Positions 48,432-61,679 of a stretch of DNA of 64,000 nucleotides are shown one piece after another. Below the pieces are notes generated by a model. The model was not told the origin of the DNA and searched no databases. It saw only the letters and a list, made by a program, of their open reading frames with translations. The position numbers were made by a program, and so were the translations under genes. The first letter of the stretch is position 1; each line of letters begins with the position of its first letter. The stretch is taken from assembly GCF_009914755.1 (NCBI RefSeq), contig NC_060925.1; one strand, written 5' to 3'. This stretch comes from the human T2T-CHM13v2.0 reference genome, Homo sapiens.

Positions 48432-50489
48432 TCAGGAAGGGTCTTGTGGGCCATGGTCATGAATTGGAAATTTTTCCCAAGACAATGGTCAGCCACATCG
48501 TCCTTCTCCCTGACACACACACACCTGCACACCTGCACAGATCCGGATTCACAGCCTGCCATGCCTTGTCCCGTCCTGCTGTCTTCCACCTACAAGGCTG
48601 CCCTCACCCAGTCTCTTGGGATCCCTCAACCTACCCTGTCTTACCTCTACACTTTTCCTCCTGCCTGGAGCCCCCATCATCCTTCATCCACCTGGCTAAC
48701 ACTTACCTGTCCTCCAAGCTGCAGCTCAGATATCACAGCCTCTGGAAACCACCCCTCCAACCTCCCATCTCCAGCTCCCACCAACCTCCAGCCTAGGAGA
48801 ATTTCACTCTTTCCCCGCCTCTGGGCTTCCAGAGCCCCCAGAGCAACCCCATCGATGTGGGGGAGGGTGCTCATGGAGGGCGGCAGAGGAGAGCTACAGT
48901 GCTCCGTGTTGAGGACCCAGCACTGTCCCCATGCATCATATCTGTGTTGAATGAGCGACTGCACTCCCCAGCCTCCGCCCCAGCTGTCCTCAGAAAGGCT
49001 GGCTCCTCACAGGTGTTTCGGCTACAGCCCTGGCCTGCGTCCTGACCTGCCAGCCCTTCGCAACAATGCCATCCACATTCCTCCTGGGTCTCTGGAACAC
49101 ATCTCTGGCTTGCACTTCTCCTCTGAGCACGCTTATTCACCTGTCAGGTGGTTATCAGTGCCTGCCCTACTTCCCTCTTGGGATTGTGTGGCTAAAATGG
49201 AGAGTCAGTGCAGCAGGTATTAAGTTGTAATCTTCAAACTCAAGTGTCCAAGGAATACTTTTATGTTTGTTAAGCTTAAGTCCAGCTCTGAGGACCCAGC
49301 CCTCTAAACCAGGGGAAATTTAATCTGTCATTAATAGGGGTCTTCTCTGCCTTGGGGTTGCTCTAGGATCCTGGAGTCTTCTGCCACATCAAGCCCCAGA
49401 GAGGGCTTCTGGTCACCCATCAGTCATCTGCCCTACTTGTTCCTGCAGAGATGCCTGGGGATCCCAGCCTTATAGTGCTAGCCAGCCAGTTGGCTCTGCT
49501 ACTTCCACAAGACTCAGCCTGCCCTCTGAGGTCATGTCATCTCTCCTGGACATAGATCCCTGTGACTCCCTTGGAGGGACCATGAGGCTCTATCTTCTCT
49601 CTCTCAATGTTTTCCAAGGTGCTTCCCACTCTCTAAGACACTCAGCATCATTTATGCAAGGGGCTTTGACTTTTACAGAAGAGACTTAGCTCGTCAATCA
49701 ACTCCTGCTTTGCCTCCTGTAAGAATCCCTGAGGCAGAGGAAGTGGAAGGGCCAGGCTATTGGCTTGGAGCACAGGGATTGAGGAATAGAAACAAAGCAA
49801 AATTCATTCATTTGTCAAAAACAGATCCTGCCACAGGCATGCACCACAACGCTTCCATAGATCGTGAAGGGCCATGCCTTGGGCAGGAGTTACACAATGC
49901 CAAGTCCAGCCTGTGCAGAGGTTCAGTTACTTCCACGTGCAGACAACATCATCTGGACAATGCCTGGCCATGGCAAGCCATTAATAATAATTTGTGGAAT
50001 GGATGAAAGAACAGAAAGGTCTGACTTCAGTCCCAAGCAGCAAGCTTTTCAGACTTAACCATGGCCATCAAAATCCACACATCAAAGGCTTGATACCTGG
50101 CATTAGCCTTTGGGCCCTCTGATTTCTCTGTTGCTCTCAACCCAGGGCAGGCTCTGCAGCCTAAGAGCCAGTGCTGTGTGACTGCCCTGGGCTGTTCCTC
50201 AGGACAAAATATCTTCCCAAGCCATCTTGGAAATAACCACATGGAAAATGACCACTAACATTGAACATTGGTGTTTTCCAATGCCAGGCACCCTCCTGTC
50301 TTCAATGCAATATTTCAATTAATCTGCACGAGAGCCCTATTACATTTCTCTTTTTACACCAAGAAAACTATAGTATAGAGGTGGGTTCCAGCCTACATCA
50401 TCTGACTCCAGAGCATGTGTTCCTAACCATCCTGGTATACACTGCCTCCAATATGCCTACTCATACATACAAACACTCAAAACGAGCTC

Positions 50490-50788
50490 TTTTTTTTTTT
50501 TTCCCTAAGACAGAGTCTTGCTCTGTCACCCAGGCTGGAGTGCAGTGGTGCAATCACGGCTCACTGCAGCCTCAACCTCGTGGGCTCAATCGATCCTCCT
50601 GCCTCTGCCTCCTGAGTAGCTGAGGCTACAGGTGTGCACCACCCATACCTGGCTACTTTTTTTATTTTTTGTAGAGACAAGGTCTTACTATGTTGCCTAG
50701 GCCCATCTCAAACTCCTGGGCTTAAGTGAGCCTACCACTTCGGCTTCCCAACGTCCTGGGATTACACTGTAAGCCACCACACCTGGCC
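50490..50788 (-). mobile_element. AluJ
   Basis: gctcactgcagcctcaacctcgtgggctcaa. Confidence 0.9.
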
Positions 50789-50831
50789 ATTCATTTTTGT
50801 TTTATTTAAAAAAAATAAAAAAAAAAGTCTG

Positions 50832-51118
50832 GGCTAGGTGCAGTGGCTCATGCCTGTAATCCCAGTAGGCCAAAGCAGGTGGATCACTTGAGGCCAGGAG
50901 TTCAAGACCAGCCTAGCCAACATGGAGAAACCCCTCTCTACAAAAAATACAAAAATTAGCTGGGCATGGTGGTGCATGCCTATAGTCCCAGCTACTCAGA
51001 AGGCTGAGGCAGAGAATTGCTTGAACCTGGGAGGCAGAGGTTGCAGTGAGCTGAGTTCGCATCACTGCACTTCAGCCTGGGCAGCAGAGCAAGACTCTTT
51101 CTCAGAAAAAAAAAAAAA
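50832..51118 (+). mobile_element. Alu (S/J)
   Basis: Alu dimer with small deletions; A tail. Confidence 0.9.
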
Positions 51119-52109
51119 TCTGGAAATTCACCCACTATGGAAGAAGCAAACCCAGTAGCTTTGTAGGGATACAATTCCTGGCTTCTAGCAGGAGTTTGTG
51201 GGGAGGGGCTATCCTGTCTACTCAGCACAGGCCCATGGCCAGAACCAGCAGGGCTCCTGAGTCGTAGCAGCCCTTGTTTCTATGTGACCGTGCCCAACCA
51301 CCACCTTCACTTCTAGGACTGCCCTGTGGGTCCGAGGCTTAGAATACAGGATCCAAACTGCACCATCCCTCTGCTGCAACATCTTCAGGGCTTTCTCATC
51401 ATCCACACAACCAGATCCTCAGCCTCTTCCGACCTGCTATGGAGCAAGCCCTGGACTGGAGTCTGGAGAGCTGAGCCTTGTTTTCCTGGGACCTCGGCAG
51501 GTGGCTCAGCCTCCCTACTGCTTGACTTCTTCTTCTGTAAAATAGAGTCTGCACCTCTCATTGCTTCCAGCTCAGAGGGTTTGACTTCATGAATATCTCT
51601 AGAGCTTTAGCTCCTAGCACGGGCTTTCAAACTCCGCCCAAACTGCTTGCCTTACCCTGGACTCCTCTCATACCTTTTCTCCCTGGGCGTTTGTTCGTGA
51701 TATCCGTTCCTGCACAATCTTCTGCCTCCCCCACCCTCATCTCTGCCCACCCAAATCCTACTTATTCATTCTCCCAGCTCCAGCCCAAACATCAGTTCCC
51801 CCAAGAAGTCATCTCTGATCCCAAGAAGAAAGCCATCTCATCCTCCTCTGAACCCTCCTAGCACAATACCTGTGACTCTCCCAGGGGACACAGCTCCCTA
51901 CCATTGTTTTTATGGGGTTTTGTGTCCTTGCAAGAGGCACTGTATTGTATTGTTTGGGTTAAGGGTACAGGTTTTGAATCAAGTAGACTGAGGTTCAAAT
52001 CCAAGTTGCCCTGACTGTGATAATCTGGGGCAAGTGACTTAACAGTTCTGAACTTCACTTTACTCAGGTGTAAATGGGAATAACACAGCGTCTCCTTCAG
52101 AGGTTTTAG

Positions 52110-52418
<309 letters not shown>

Positions 52419-52438
52419 TAAATAATCAAAAGTCATTT

Positions 52439-53208
52439 TGATACAGACAGGAGACAGGAAAACACAGGGTAGAAGAGGGTGGTTCCCCAGGAAAGGCCCC
52501 ACCCTTAACCCTGGAGACCCTCATCCCTAAATGGGGACAGGCAGTCCTGTTTTTGTACCCAAAAAGTTGCCTTTTGGCCCACCACACACCCTATCCCATA
52601 CCTGTTCGAGGTTAAATCCAGTTCAAGGTTTATCCCACCTGCTCCAGAAGCAGACGGGCAGACAAAAATACGAGGAGACAAGCAGATGAATGGTGGAACG
52701 ATACAGCAGGGAAAGAGAGAAGAGAAGGAATGCCTGAATGCTGAGAGGAGTTTGACTGAAGGTGGTCAGGGAGGAGTTTGGCCGCTGGATGGCCAGGGTC
52801 CAGGGGAAGATCATCTTCCCACTCCATCCCCACTTCTGGCTCCCCATCCATCCCACTGAGAGCCACCTCCACCACTCAATAAAACCCCACATTCATCCTA
52901 CAAGCCCATGTGTGACCTAATTCTTCTGGGTCCTCTGGGCAAGAGCTTGGGATACAGAAAGCTGTCACACAGCCCTCTGCCCTTGCAAAAAGGCAGACGG
53001 TCCACTGAGCTGGTTAACACTCAAGCCATCCATGGCAGGGCTAAAAGGGCACACTGTAACACATGCCCACTTGGGCTCCTGCACCTGTCTGTCTGCGTGC
53101 TCCCCCTCCCCTCAGGGGTTTGAGCAGCCACTGGTGACCAAACAGGTGAGCCACACCCCTGTCGCATGTCCTGCAAGGGGAGTCAGGGAACTCCCCCTTT
53201 TGATTTCA
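52439..53208 (+). mobile_element. ERV1 solo LTR (LTR1/LTR27/LTR28 group)
   Basis: tgatacagacaggagacaggaaaacacagggtagaagagggtggttcccc...gatttca; AATAAA near 52878. Confidence 0.8.
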
Positions 53209-53209
53209 G

Positions 53210-53810
53210 ACCGTACACAAATGTTCACAGCAGCATTATTCATAATAGGCAAAAGATGGAAGCAACCCAACTGCCCATCCACAGACGAATGGATAAACAA
53301 AGTGTGGTCTATACATACAAGGGAATATTATTCATCTTTTAAAAGGAAAGCAATTCTGACACATGCCACAACATGGGTGAAACTTGAGGACATGCTGAGA
53401 GGAGTTTGACTGAAGGTGGTCAGGGAGGAGTTCGGCCGCTGGATGGCCAGGGTCCAGGGGAAGATCATCTTCCCACTCCATCCCCACTTCTGGCTCCCCA
53501 TCCATCCCACTGAGAGCCACCTCCACCACTCGATAAAACCCCACATTCATCCTACAAGCCCATGTGTGACCTTGAAATGTCAGTCATGAACAGACAAGTA
53601 CTGTGTGATTCCACTTATATGAAGTACCAAATTAGTAGTCAAATTCATAGAAAGTAGAATGGTGGTTGCCAGGGCTTGTGGGGAGGTAGAAATGGGGAGC
53701 TGTCGAATGGGTGCAGAGCTTCAGTTTTGCAAGATGAAGAGTCCTGGAGATGGTTGGTGGTGAGAGTTGCACAACAATGCAAATATACTTAACACTAATG
53801 AACCTTTAAA
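53210..53810 (+). mobile_element. L1MB-class 3' fragment, interrupted
   Basis: atgttcacagcagcattattcataat...tgattccacttatatgaagtacc. Confidence 0.85.
53392..53572 (+). repeat. 181-bp direct copy of 52738-52918
   Basis: Base-by-base match with 2 mismatches. Confidence 0.97.
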
Positions 53811-53906
53811 AAAAACTAGTTTCAGGCTGAACCCCTCAAGGGTCTTAGCAGGAACAGAAGCAGCTGAGAAAAAATATGCTTAAGGTTTTAAAATATTTGG
53901 ATATAA

Positions 53907-54158
<252 letters not shown>

Positions 54159-57100
54159 TAACAACTGTGAGACTACCCCTATATACATACACTCAAAGCA
54201 AGCGAGCTCATTTTTCTTCTCCTTACTGCTCTGAAGGGTGACATGGAGATCATCAGCACAGGAAGGATCTGAACGACCTGCTGATTACAGGATAATATTC
54301 ATACAATGAGGTTAAAAGCACTGGCTGAAAAGTTCTTTCATAAAATCTGCTACATGAGAAGAGAAAATAATTTATGAGAACATGAACAATTAGCACTTTG
54401 TAAAAAAGAAATAATGCACTTAACTTGATCCCTATATTTAACATCAATTAAAGATTATCCTCATGAATGAAACTCGACCTGGAAATTAACAAGGGATTTA
54501 AATTGCATTATGCACACGAAAGAGAGAAGCCAGTGCACTGGTTCAGGGCTTCCAATATTCAGCTAGGACGGCATCTATATATACGGTGAGGCCTGGCCAT
54601 TTCCTCACATTTCTCTGCACTGAAGACATTGCTGCAACACAGAGGAGCATTTGTTTCAGCAAAAAAAAAAAACCCATGATAAAAATCTCTGGGTGGCTGC
54701 AAACATAAGGTTGGCACCTTTCACTTTTAAAAATAACTTCTGGGTCATTTTTTACCGGAGAACTAACCAAGAGATTCCCTTAAAAGGATGTCTTTGCTGC
54801 TCTGAGATTTGAATCTGGATCATTTTCCATAGGCCTATTTAAGTGAATCTACAGGGCTGGGCTAGGTCAAAAATTAGATTCCGGGTCACCTGGTTCCAAG
54901 TCACAGAATAATTTATTCCCTAAGATGCGCAGCTTGAAGGGCATGAAACAGGCCTTAGAAAACAAGTGTGGACTATAGCCATTTATGTGTGGTTTTTTGA
55001 AAGTGTTATCGTGTATTGAGTCAGACTCTGTGCTAAGCAACCCACAAGGCCAGTATTATTCTCTCCATTTTATATACGAGAAGACTAAGGATGGGAGAGG
55101 TAATTTACCGGGGTTCCCTCCAGCAGATCTGGGACTGGGACCCAGGTTCCTCTGCTTCTGGAGCTCACTGGGAGCCACTACCCTTTACCCTGGAGAGCAG
55201 CTACGATGGTGGAAACACAGACACCCCCAAAGAGGACAAGCCTGAGACTCCCTGGGTGCTCCAGAGCCTGCACCTAGAACCTGAGACAGCCCCTTCCGTT
55301 TGCCTCCTTCTGATACAAAGCCTCCTGCCGCTTGCCAGGGGACATGTCAGAACCACAGCTCTGTTGCTGATTGCTAAGAATGTGCCCGACTGGGAGGAAG
55401 GAGAGTGCTTCGTGCCATCTTTCAGGCTCCCCGGAAGAAAAGGTCTTGTTCACAGTGCAGAAAGTGCCCCCGAGAGACTGGCTTTGGTTTTTTTTCCCTA
55501 TCACTGTCACGCCTGCTTCATCCAAGTTTTCTGGTGATTGTGCCTAGTGCCAGATCTGCGAACAATGTATCTCTTTGCTGAGAGAGTGAGAGAGAAAGAC
55601 AGAGAGACAGACTCAGCCCTCACAATCCTGGCTTGGTGTGTGCATATGCACACAGGTTTCCCTATTGTTATCTTGGGAAAAGAGAAAGCAGATGTTAACC
55701 ATCACCCCTTGAGAATTCACCTTGCTGTACTGTAAAATTCTGCATTATTAACATTCCAAAATCCTTCCACTCTTGTACGTGTCTTAGATGGGAGTGAATA
55801 TTTGAGAATTCAAAAATGTGGAGAGGATGGAGGTGGCAGAAGTTTATTAAATTGGCCCAGGGCAGTTTTGAAATTTGAAAGTTTCTCACACTCTCTGGCT
55901 CTGAGCCAACTCGCAGCCGACTCGGCTGAACAGCCTGTGTAAGGGTTTCTCATCAGGTACCCCTCTTTCCATCCTTATGGAAGCTGACAAGCAAGTGTGG
56001 TTGAGTACCAAGGGAGGACTCCAGACTTCTCCAGGTCCATTTGGACTCCGGGGCACACCAGAAACAAGGCACAGAAACATAAGGAAGATACTCAAGATGG
56101 CTTCACAGCAAGTGTATCAAATATTGGTTAAATTAATGAATAATTTTTAAGGCAAATAATTCCAAGGCAACTTCTTTTTCACGTGAGTCAGCAATGAAAA
56201 CTCAGCAGTTTCTTCCTCCTCTGATCTGGCTGATGTAAGCTAACTGACCCATTGGATAGCAAAAGATTTGGGGGTTTTGTTTTTGTTTTTCTCTGTTTTA
56301 GAAAAAAAAGAGAGAGAGAAAGAAGCAGCAAAACCAAACCAAACATCAACTCATTGTAAAACTGTAACAGAGTTTTAAAGGGTGTTTCCCCAAACTACAA
56401 ATATGCTTTTCAACAAGATAACTGTAGGTTTCTGTAGCAATAGAGCAGACCAATTAAGTGCAAGGCTTTGAATCAAAAGGACTTGGGCTGAGTTCTGCCT
56501 CTGTCTCTTTCCAGCTGTGTCACTTCAGCAAGTTAATTAATCTCTCTGACCCTCAGTTTCTTCCACTGTAAAATGGGAATAACAGTAACACCTATTTTAC
56601 AAGACTGATCTGAAGATTAAACGAAATAATAGAGATAAAGTACACAGTATCTGACACATACTAGGTGCCCAAGAAAAATGTAAACTGCTGCACATTATTA
56701 TTTTCATCATCGTTATTGTTGGTGAGGTCATTTTTAAGCACCTTGGCCCCCAGAAGCAGAAGCATCCACAAGTCCTGCACTGAAGTCACAGCTGAGACTT
56801 GGTTTTCATCAAGAACTAAACTCAATGATCCCCTGACATGAGGCAAACTGCAAAATCAAGGCCCCTTCTGGTGGGGGCAGGGGGGTTCTCCTCCCCAACC
56901 CTCACTCCCCACACCCAGGTTTTGATTGCAGAATTCCCAGCTACGGAACACTTACTGAGAACATTTTGGAGTAGAAAGAAAAGAAAGACAAAATAGAACC
57001 TTATTCCCGTACTTAACGTTTTAACTACAGCCCTCAATTAATGGAATTCTAAAATGTAACATCTTTTAAAGAAGAAATGACCCAATACCTACCCTCTGAT

Positions 57101-57189
57101 CTCTGTCTTCGTCATGAGTAAATTGTTCCCTAACCCAAGTGCCACCCTCAGAAGACTCGGGTGAATCCTGGTACCTCCTAAGCCTCAGG

Positions 57190-57900
57190 GAGACACGCTT
57201 GGGTTTGCGGTAAAAGGGTGGAGCGGAGCCCAGAGGAGGCGACAGATGTTTGTGCGAGATTGTCACAGATCGGGGTGAAACTGAAAAGGACGGTCTCATT
57301 AACCCGAAATAACCAGCCAGGCTAACTGACCCAGAGCTCATACTCTCCGAGCACTGGGGGACATGGGAGTTTGCTGAAGCCTCTGCGCCAGGTGTGGGAG
57401 TCTGAGCGCGCACCCTGCAGAGCTGTGCAGGCGCTCCCCCGCCTGAGCAGACAGCCATCCATCACTCCAGGAGAGGCAGCGGTGGGGACGTGAACTCGGT
57501 CACCTCCTCCCACTCGCTCCTCCCCGGCAGGCTCTGAGGAGCCGAGGCGGTGGCAGCAGCGCGAGGAACAGAACACGCTGCAAACTGCTTGGCTACCCCT
57601 TTACAAGACTGACGCCGCCGACACAAGTTTTTCCATTTCCCCAAACAGCCTCTCCGGCTGCCAATAAAGACGGCTGCTCTAGGCCCTTGCGTGCTGTCAA
57701 AGGGGTACTTCTCCAGCGGCTTCAGAGGCGGCTTGTTCGCCCAGAGCTGGAGCTGCAGGCCCCTAGAGAGAGCCACCTTCCCCCTTGGGCTGTTGGTGGG
57801 CTCCCTGCGACCCTGGCCAATTGCATGGCTGTGTGGAATAATTACCGGGTAATTAGATGGCAGGCATGATAGGTGCCGGGTACTGGTTTCCAAGGGGACT
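57190..57900. promoter_or_regulatory. CpG-enriched unique segment, candidate cis-regulatory element
   Basis: Raised CpG content, no repeat signature, and a paired TAATTA palindrome at 57839-57855. Confidence 0.55.
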
Positions 57901-58959
57901 TCGAAAAGGTATTCTGCCGCCCTATGCCTCCTCCCAGTACAAGGCACAGTTAATGCCTCAGATCCCACACCGCCTCTCTCGTGGAAGTGTGCTCTGAGCC
58001 ACTGGGGCCTAAGCCGAGTTGACAGGCTCCATTAGAGAGCGACTCTGTCATGGAAATTGTGATCTTAACAGAGGGACATGTGGCAGATACCAATTCCACT
58101 CACATCCTTGTACTACGTGGCTTTCCCAGGGGGCTACTGATGGGATCAAGGGATGTTCACACCACCAGTCCCCAACTGCCTTCATCTGACCTGACCTGTA
58201 CGGCCCAGACCGGGGAAGACAAGGCCTGGAGAGCCATCCTGAGGAACAACACCCTTCAGTGCCCAACTCTACTCCTAGGACCTAATGGCCCATGCACTCG
58301 GACAAAGCTTCAGATGATTTTCAAAAGCAATGCAAAGTATAGAACTTTGCAAGGACTTTGGGATCTAGAGGATGTCTTTTGAGAAGGCCTGGCAGCAACA
58401 AGAGTCCTGGACTGGGAAAGCTGGATGCCCCAAGTGACCTTGGCAAAGGCCTTCCCCCTCTAGGCCTCAGTGTCCCCACCTCCAAGGGCCAAGACAAAGT
58501 CCAATTTCTCAGAATCTGAAGCACAGTTCAGGTCTGTTGCTGCCCAGTGCACAAAGATGACCTGTAGGCCAGGTCAAATTCACAAAATTGAGCCCCTTCC
58601 TCCTAGAAAAGAAAGAAGCCACATCCAGAGAAGAAGCATGAATAGAGAAGGGAGGTGAGAGGGTCCTTTGTAGACCTCCCCTGCACGTCAGGCAGATCCC
58701 AGCACTGTAATGTCAGACCTTAAAGGCAGAGAACCTACCACTCTGAGGCCCAAAGAAAGGGGCCAATGAAACGAACCTATGAATTCATATCGGTGCACAC
58801 TCCAGAGACAACAGGACTGATCCCAGTCCCCTGAGTCCCACCTCCCCTCTGATGTAGGGAAGGCACGGTTTGCCCAGCACCACCACCTCCTCTGCCCACA
58901 CAGATGTCTCTCTCCGATGAGGCCCAAATCATCCGTGTGCCAACCTCCGAGACATGCCA

Positions 58960-60200
58960 ATCTCTGCTCGCCCACAGGTGCCGCCGCGGGGATGGGCGGG
59001 TGCCTCCACCTGCCATTGTGGGTTCTGGGTGGAGGTCGCTGGGGCTGAGGCAGGCAGGGACCGGCCCGCGGCCTCTCCCAGCTAGGGAGAGACTCCACAT
59101 GCCCAGGTCTGGAGCAGGAGAGGGGAGATAGGTAGAAGGCTTGACCATGGGTCACGTCTAAAGGGACCGGATCAGGACACAGTCAGGCGGCCTCCTGCCG
59201 CGGATTTCACCCCACGCGGTCTCGCCCCGACCGTCCCCGGGCCCTGTGCGCGCGGCCGGCATTGCCCAAGAGGGGCTGAAGGCGCCCCCGCCCGGCGGAG
59301 CCTACCCCAACACGGAGCCCAGAGCGCCACGCCTCGGACCCCGCTCCGGGTAAGCCCGGAGCAAGCCCCCGCTCCGTTCCGGACAGGGGAGCCTGGGCTG
59401 CTTTCTGGAACTCTTTCCTTGCTTTGGTCACTGGGGCCCCGGAAGCGTGGGCTAGGGTGCCAGCGACAGCGCCTTCCGCGGAGCGGCGCGCTGGCCCCTC
59501 CGGACCCTGGGTGGGCGGCCGCCCGCCCGCCTCGGAGACCAAGGCTGCCATCTAGCGGCCACGCGGGGCGCCGTCGGGGACCGGAGCCGGGCCGAGCGCT
59601 GGGGGCTCCCGGGTCCGCGGCTGCGCGGCGGGGTTCCCAGACCCGGGACTTAGGCGCAAGCTTCAGCGCGAGCTGTGTGACCCTGGGCACGCCCAGCCCT
59701 CTTTGATCAACCGTCCTTTCTCGGTAAAACCGAGAGGATACAACTCCTCTGCTCGGGGTCGTCGGGAAACGCAGGACCGAGGGACGGCGCCCCCTCCTTC
59801 CCGAGACCACCCGCCCCATCCACTCCGCACCGCACTCCCGTCCAGGGAAGTCTTAAGGAACCCAGTCCCCCTAGACGAGAGGTGGAAGGAGGCGCTGGGG
59901 AAATCCTGCAAAGCAGGAATCCGCACTGAACAGCAGGATCCTTTTCCAGGAATTGTAAACCCAGAATTGTAAATAAAATGCTAATGATTTATTCGTGCTC
60001 AAACGCCGGGGGCTGCGTCGCCGCTTTTGAAGACAGCTCCAAGCGTGGCTTTCCAGGAAGGCAGGCCTCCCCGCGGCGCCTTCCAGGGCTCCCCGGGGCC
60101 TCCTCCCTGGCCGCGGGTCCGGGCTGGGGGACAGGCAGTGGTTCTTGTTGGAGCGCTCCCAACCCGTCCTTCACTGAGACCCGGGTGGTGGTGGAGGAGG
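58960..60200. promoter_or_regulatory. CpG island
   Basis: High GC and CpG density, densest at about 59180-59850. Confidence 0.85.
59544..59562 (-). promoter_or_regulatory. CTCF core motif
   Basis: Minus strand reads GTGGCCGCTAGATGGCAGC, a close match to the CCASYAGRKGGCRS consensus. Confidence 0.75.
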
Positions 60201-61679
60201 TCTTTTTCCTTCCATCCACAGCCGAGTCAGACCCCTCAGCATTCACCCATCATGCATGCAACCAATGCTTCCCCATCGCCAAATACCTACTAAACCCTTA
60301 GCTGACCATTGGCAGTCAAAAAACAATCGTGAGAATCACATCTGGTGGGGAAGATTGACTCGATGAATAATCCTACAAATAAACGCGTGCTTCTAAATTA
60401 CAGTGTCCGGGATAGGGGTAGGGGTGGGGCTGGGGAAGGTAAATACAGTTTTTTAGCTTCCGGGATGTTTTCCATCAAAGTTCTGAGAGCCTGAAGGGGC
60501 GCTGAAGGGGCGCTGAAGGGATCGAGTCTAGCCTTCTCTTGTGAGTCTTGACTACCCTACATATTTAAGGTATTTCATTAAAGGGTGAGCTTTAAAAAAA
60601 TAATAAAATAAATAATTCAAGCAATATGCATTTGCATCTGTGGCTGCCATGGTAGCTCTCTGATGCCTGACCTGGCTGGGGAAGGTGGGAGCCCGGGGGG
60701 GGCCGGTCACTGATCTTAGGCAGGAGGAGGTAGAAAACAAGGACTTTCCTTCAAACTATGCAGCCTGTCCAGCTGACCAGAGCAGCAGAGATGGCTCAGT
60801 TTTCAGCTGCCTCTCCTGAGTTGACAGGAGGCATGCAAGAGACCCCAGAAGTGGGCTCAGAGCTACCTAGAGAAGCTTCCGTGGTCACAGGGCCTCCACC
60901 TCAGGGCCAGGAGACCTGGAGTGGCCCTACCCAGCTCTCCCACAACTCCCTGCAAAAGCACATTGCAGGCTTTGTTTGTTTTCAATAAAAGCTTCTCTTT
61001 CCCACACTCCCTTTATATAGTTTCTAGAGAAATAGCACGTCTGGTTAATACTGACCTTCCTAAGGTCTTTTTGAATGTAAGACACAAATGTATCAAGGAT
61101 GATCAAGTTTCCTACCTCTACCAGCAAGCTGATTTTTTGCATTTGGTGGGCCTCCATCAGACCACCAAGGAAACAGTCATAGATTGTACTGTGGAGGAAA
61201 TTCAGGCGTCCCGCGGAGGCCTAAGCTGAGTGACCTTTATTCTTGTGTTCACTGGACAAATGTTTATTGATCTCCGCCTATAGACTGACTCCATCCTGGG
61301 CCTTGGGGATTTAAGACAGATAAAACAACTCCTGCTCCCAGTGGGCTCACAACCTGAGTCAGGTGCCTCCTTTGCAAAGTAAGGAATTCTGGGATTGCCA
61401 CCCCTTGCCCCTTGGACCTCCCACCACCTCCACACACACAATTATATGTCCCTTAAATTAGTGTATATTTTGAGGGAATTCATGAAACAATCAGGTCCCT
61501 GAAGCTTAAAAAAAAAAAAAGTGATATTTGGTCAGAGCAACCAGGAACAAAGTCCAAAAACAACCTCTTTGGGGTACCCTTGTTGCAATACCCATACCCT
61601 AGGCTGAGCTATGTTAAGGATCACACTTTACTTCACAGGGCAGTGTTCTAGTAGATTTCTTTAAAATAATTCACAGTGT

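Noticed and set aside
59172-59819. 215-aa minus-strand ORF
   Set aside because: Same GC-rich artefact, with no domain or exon structure.
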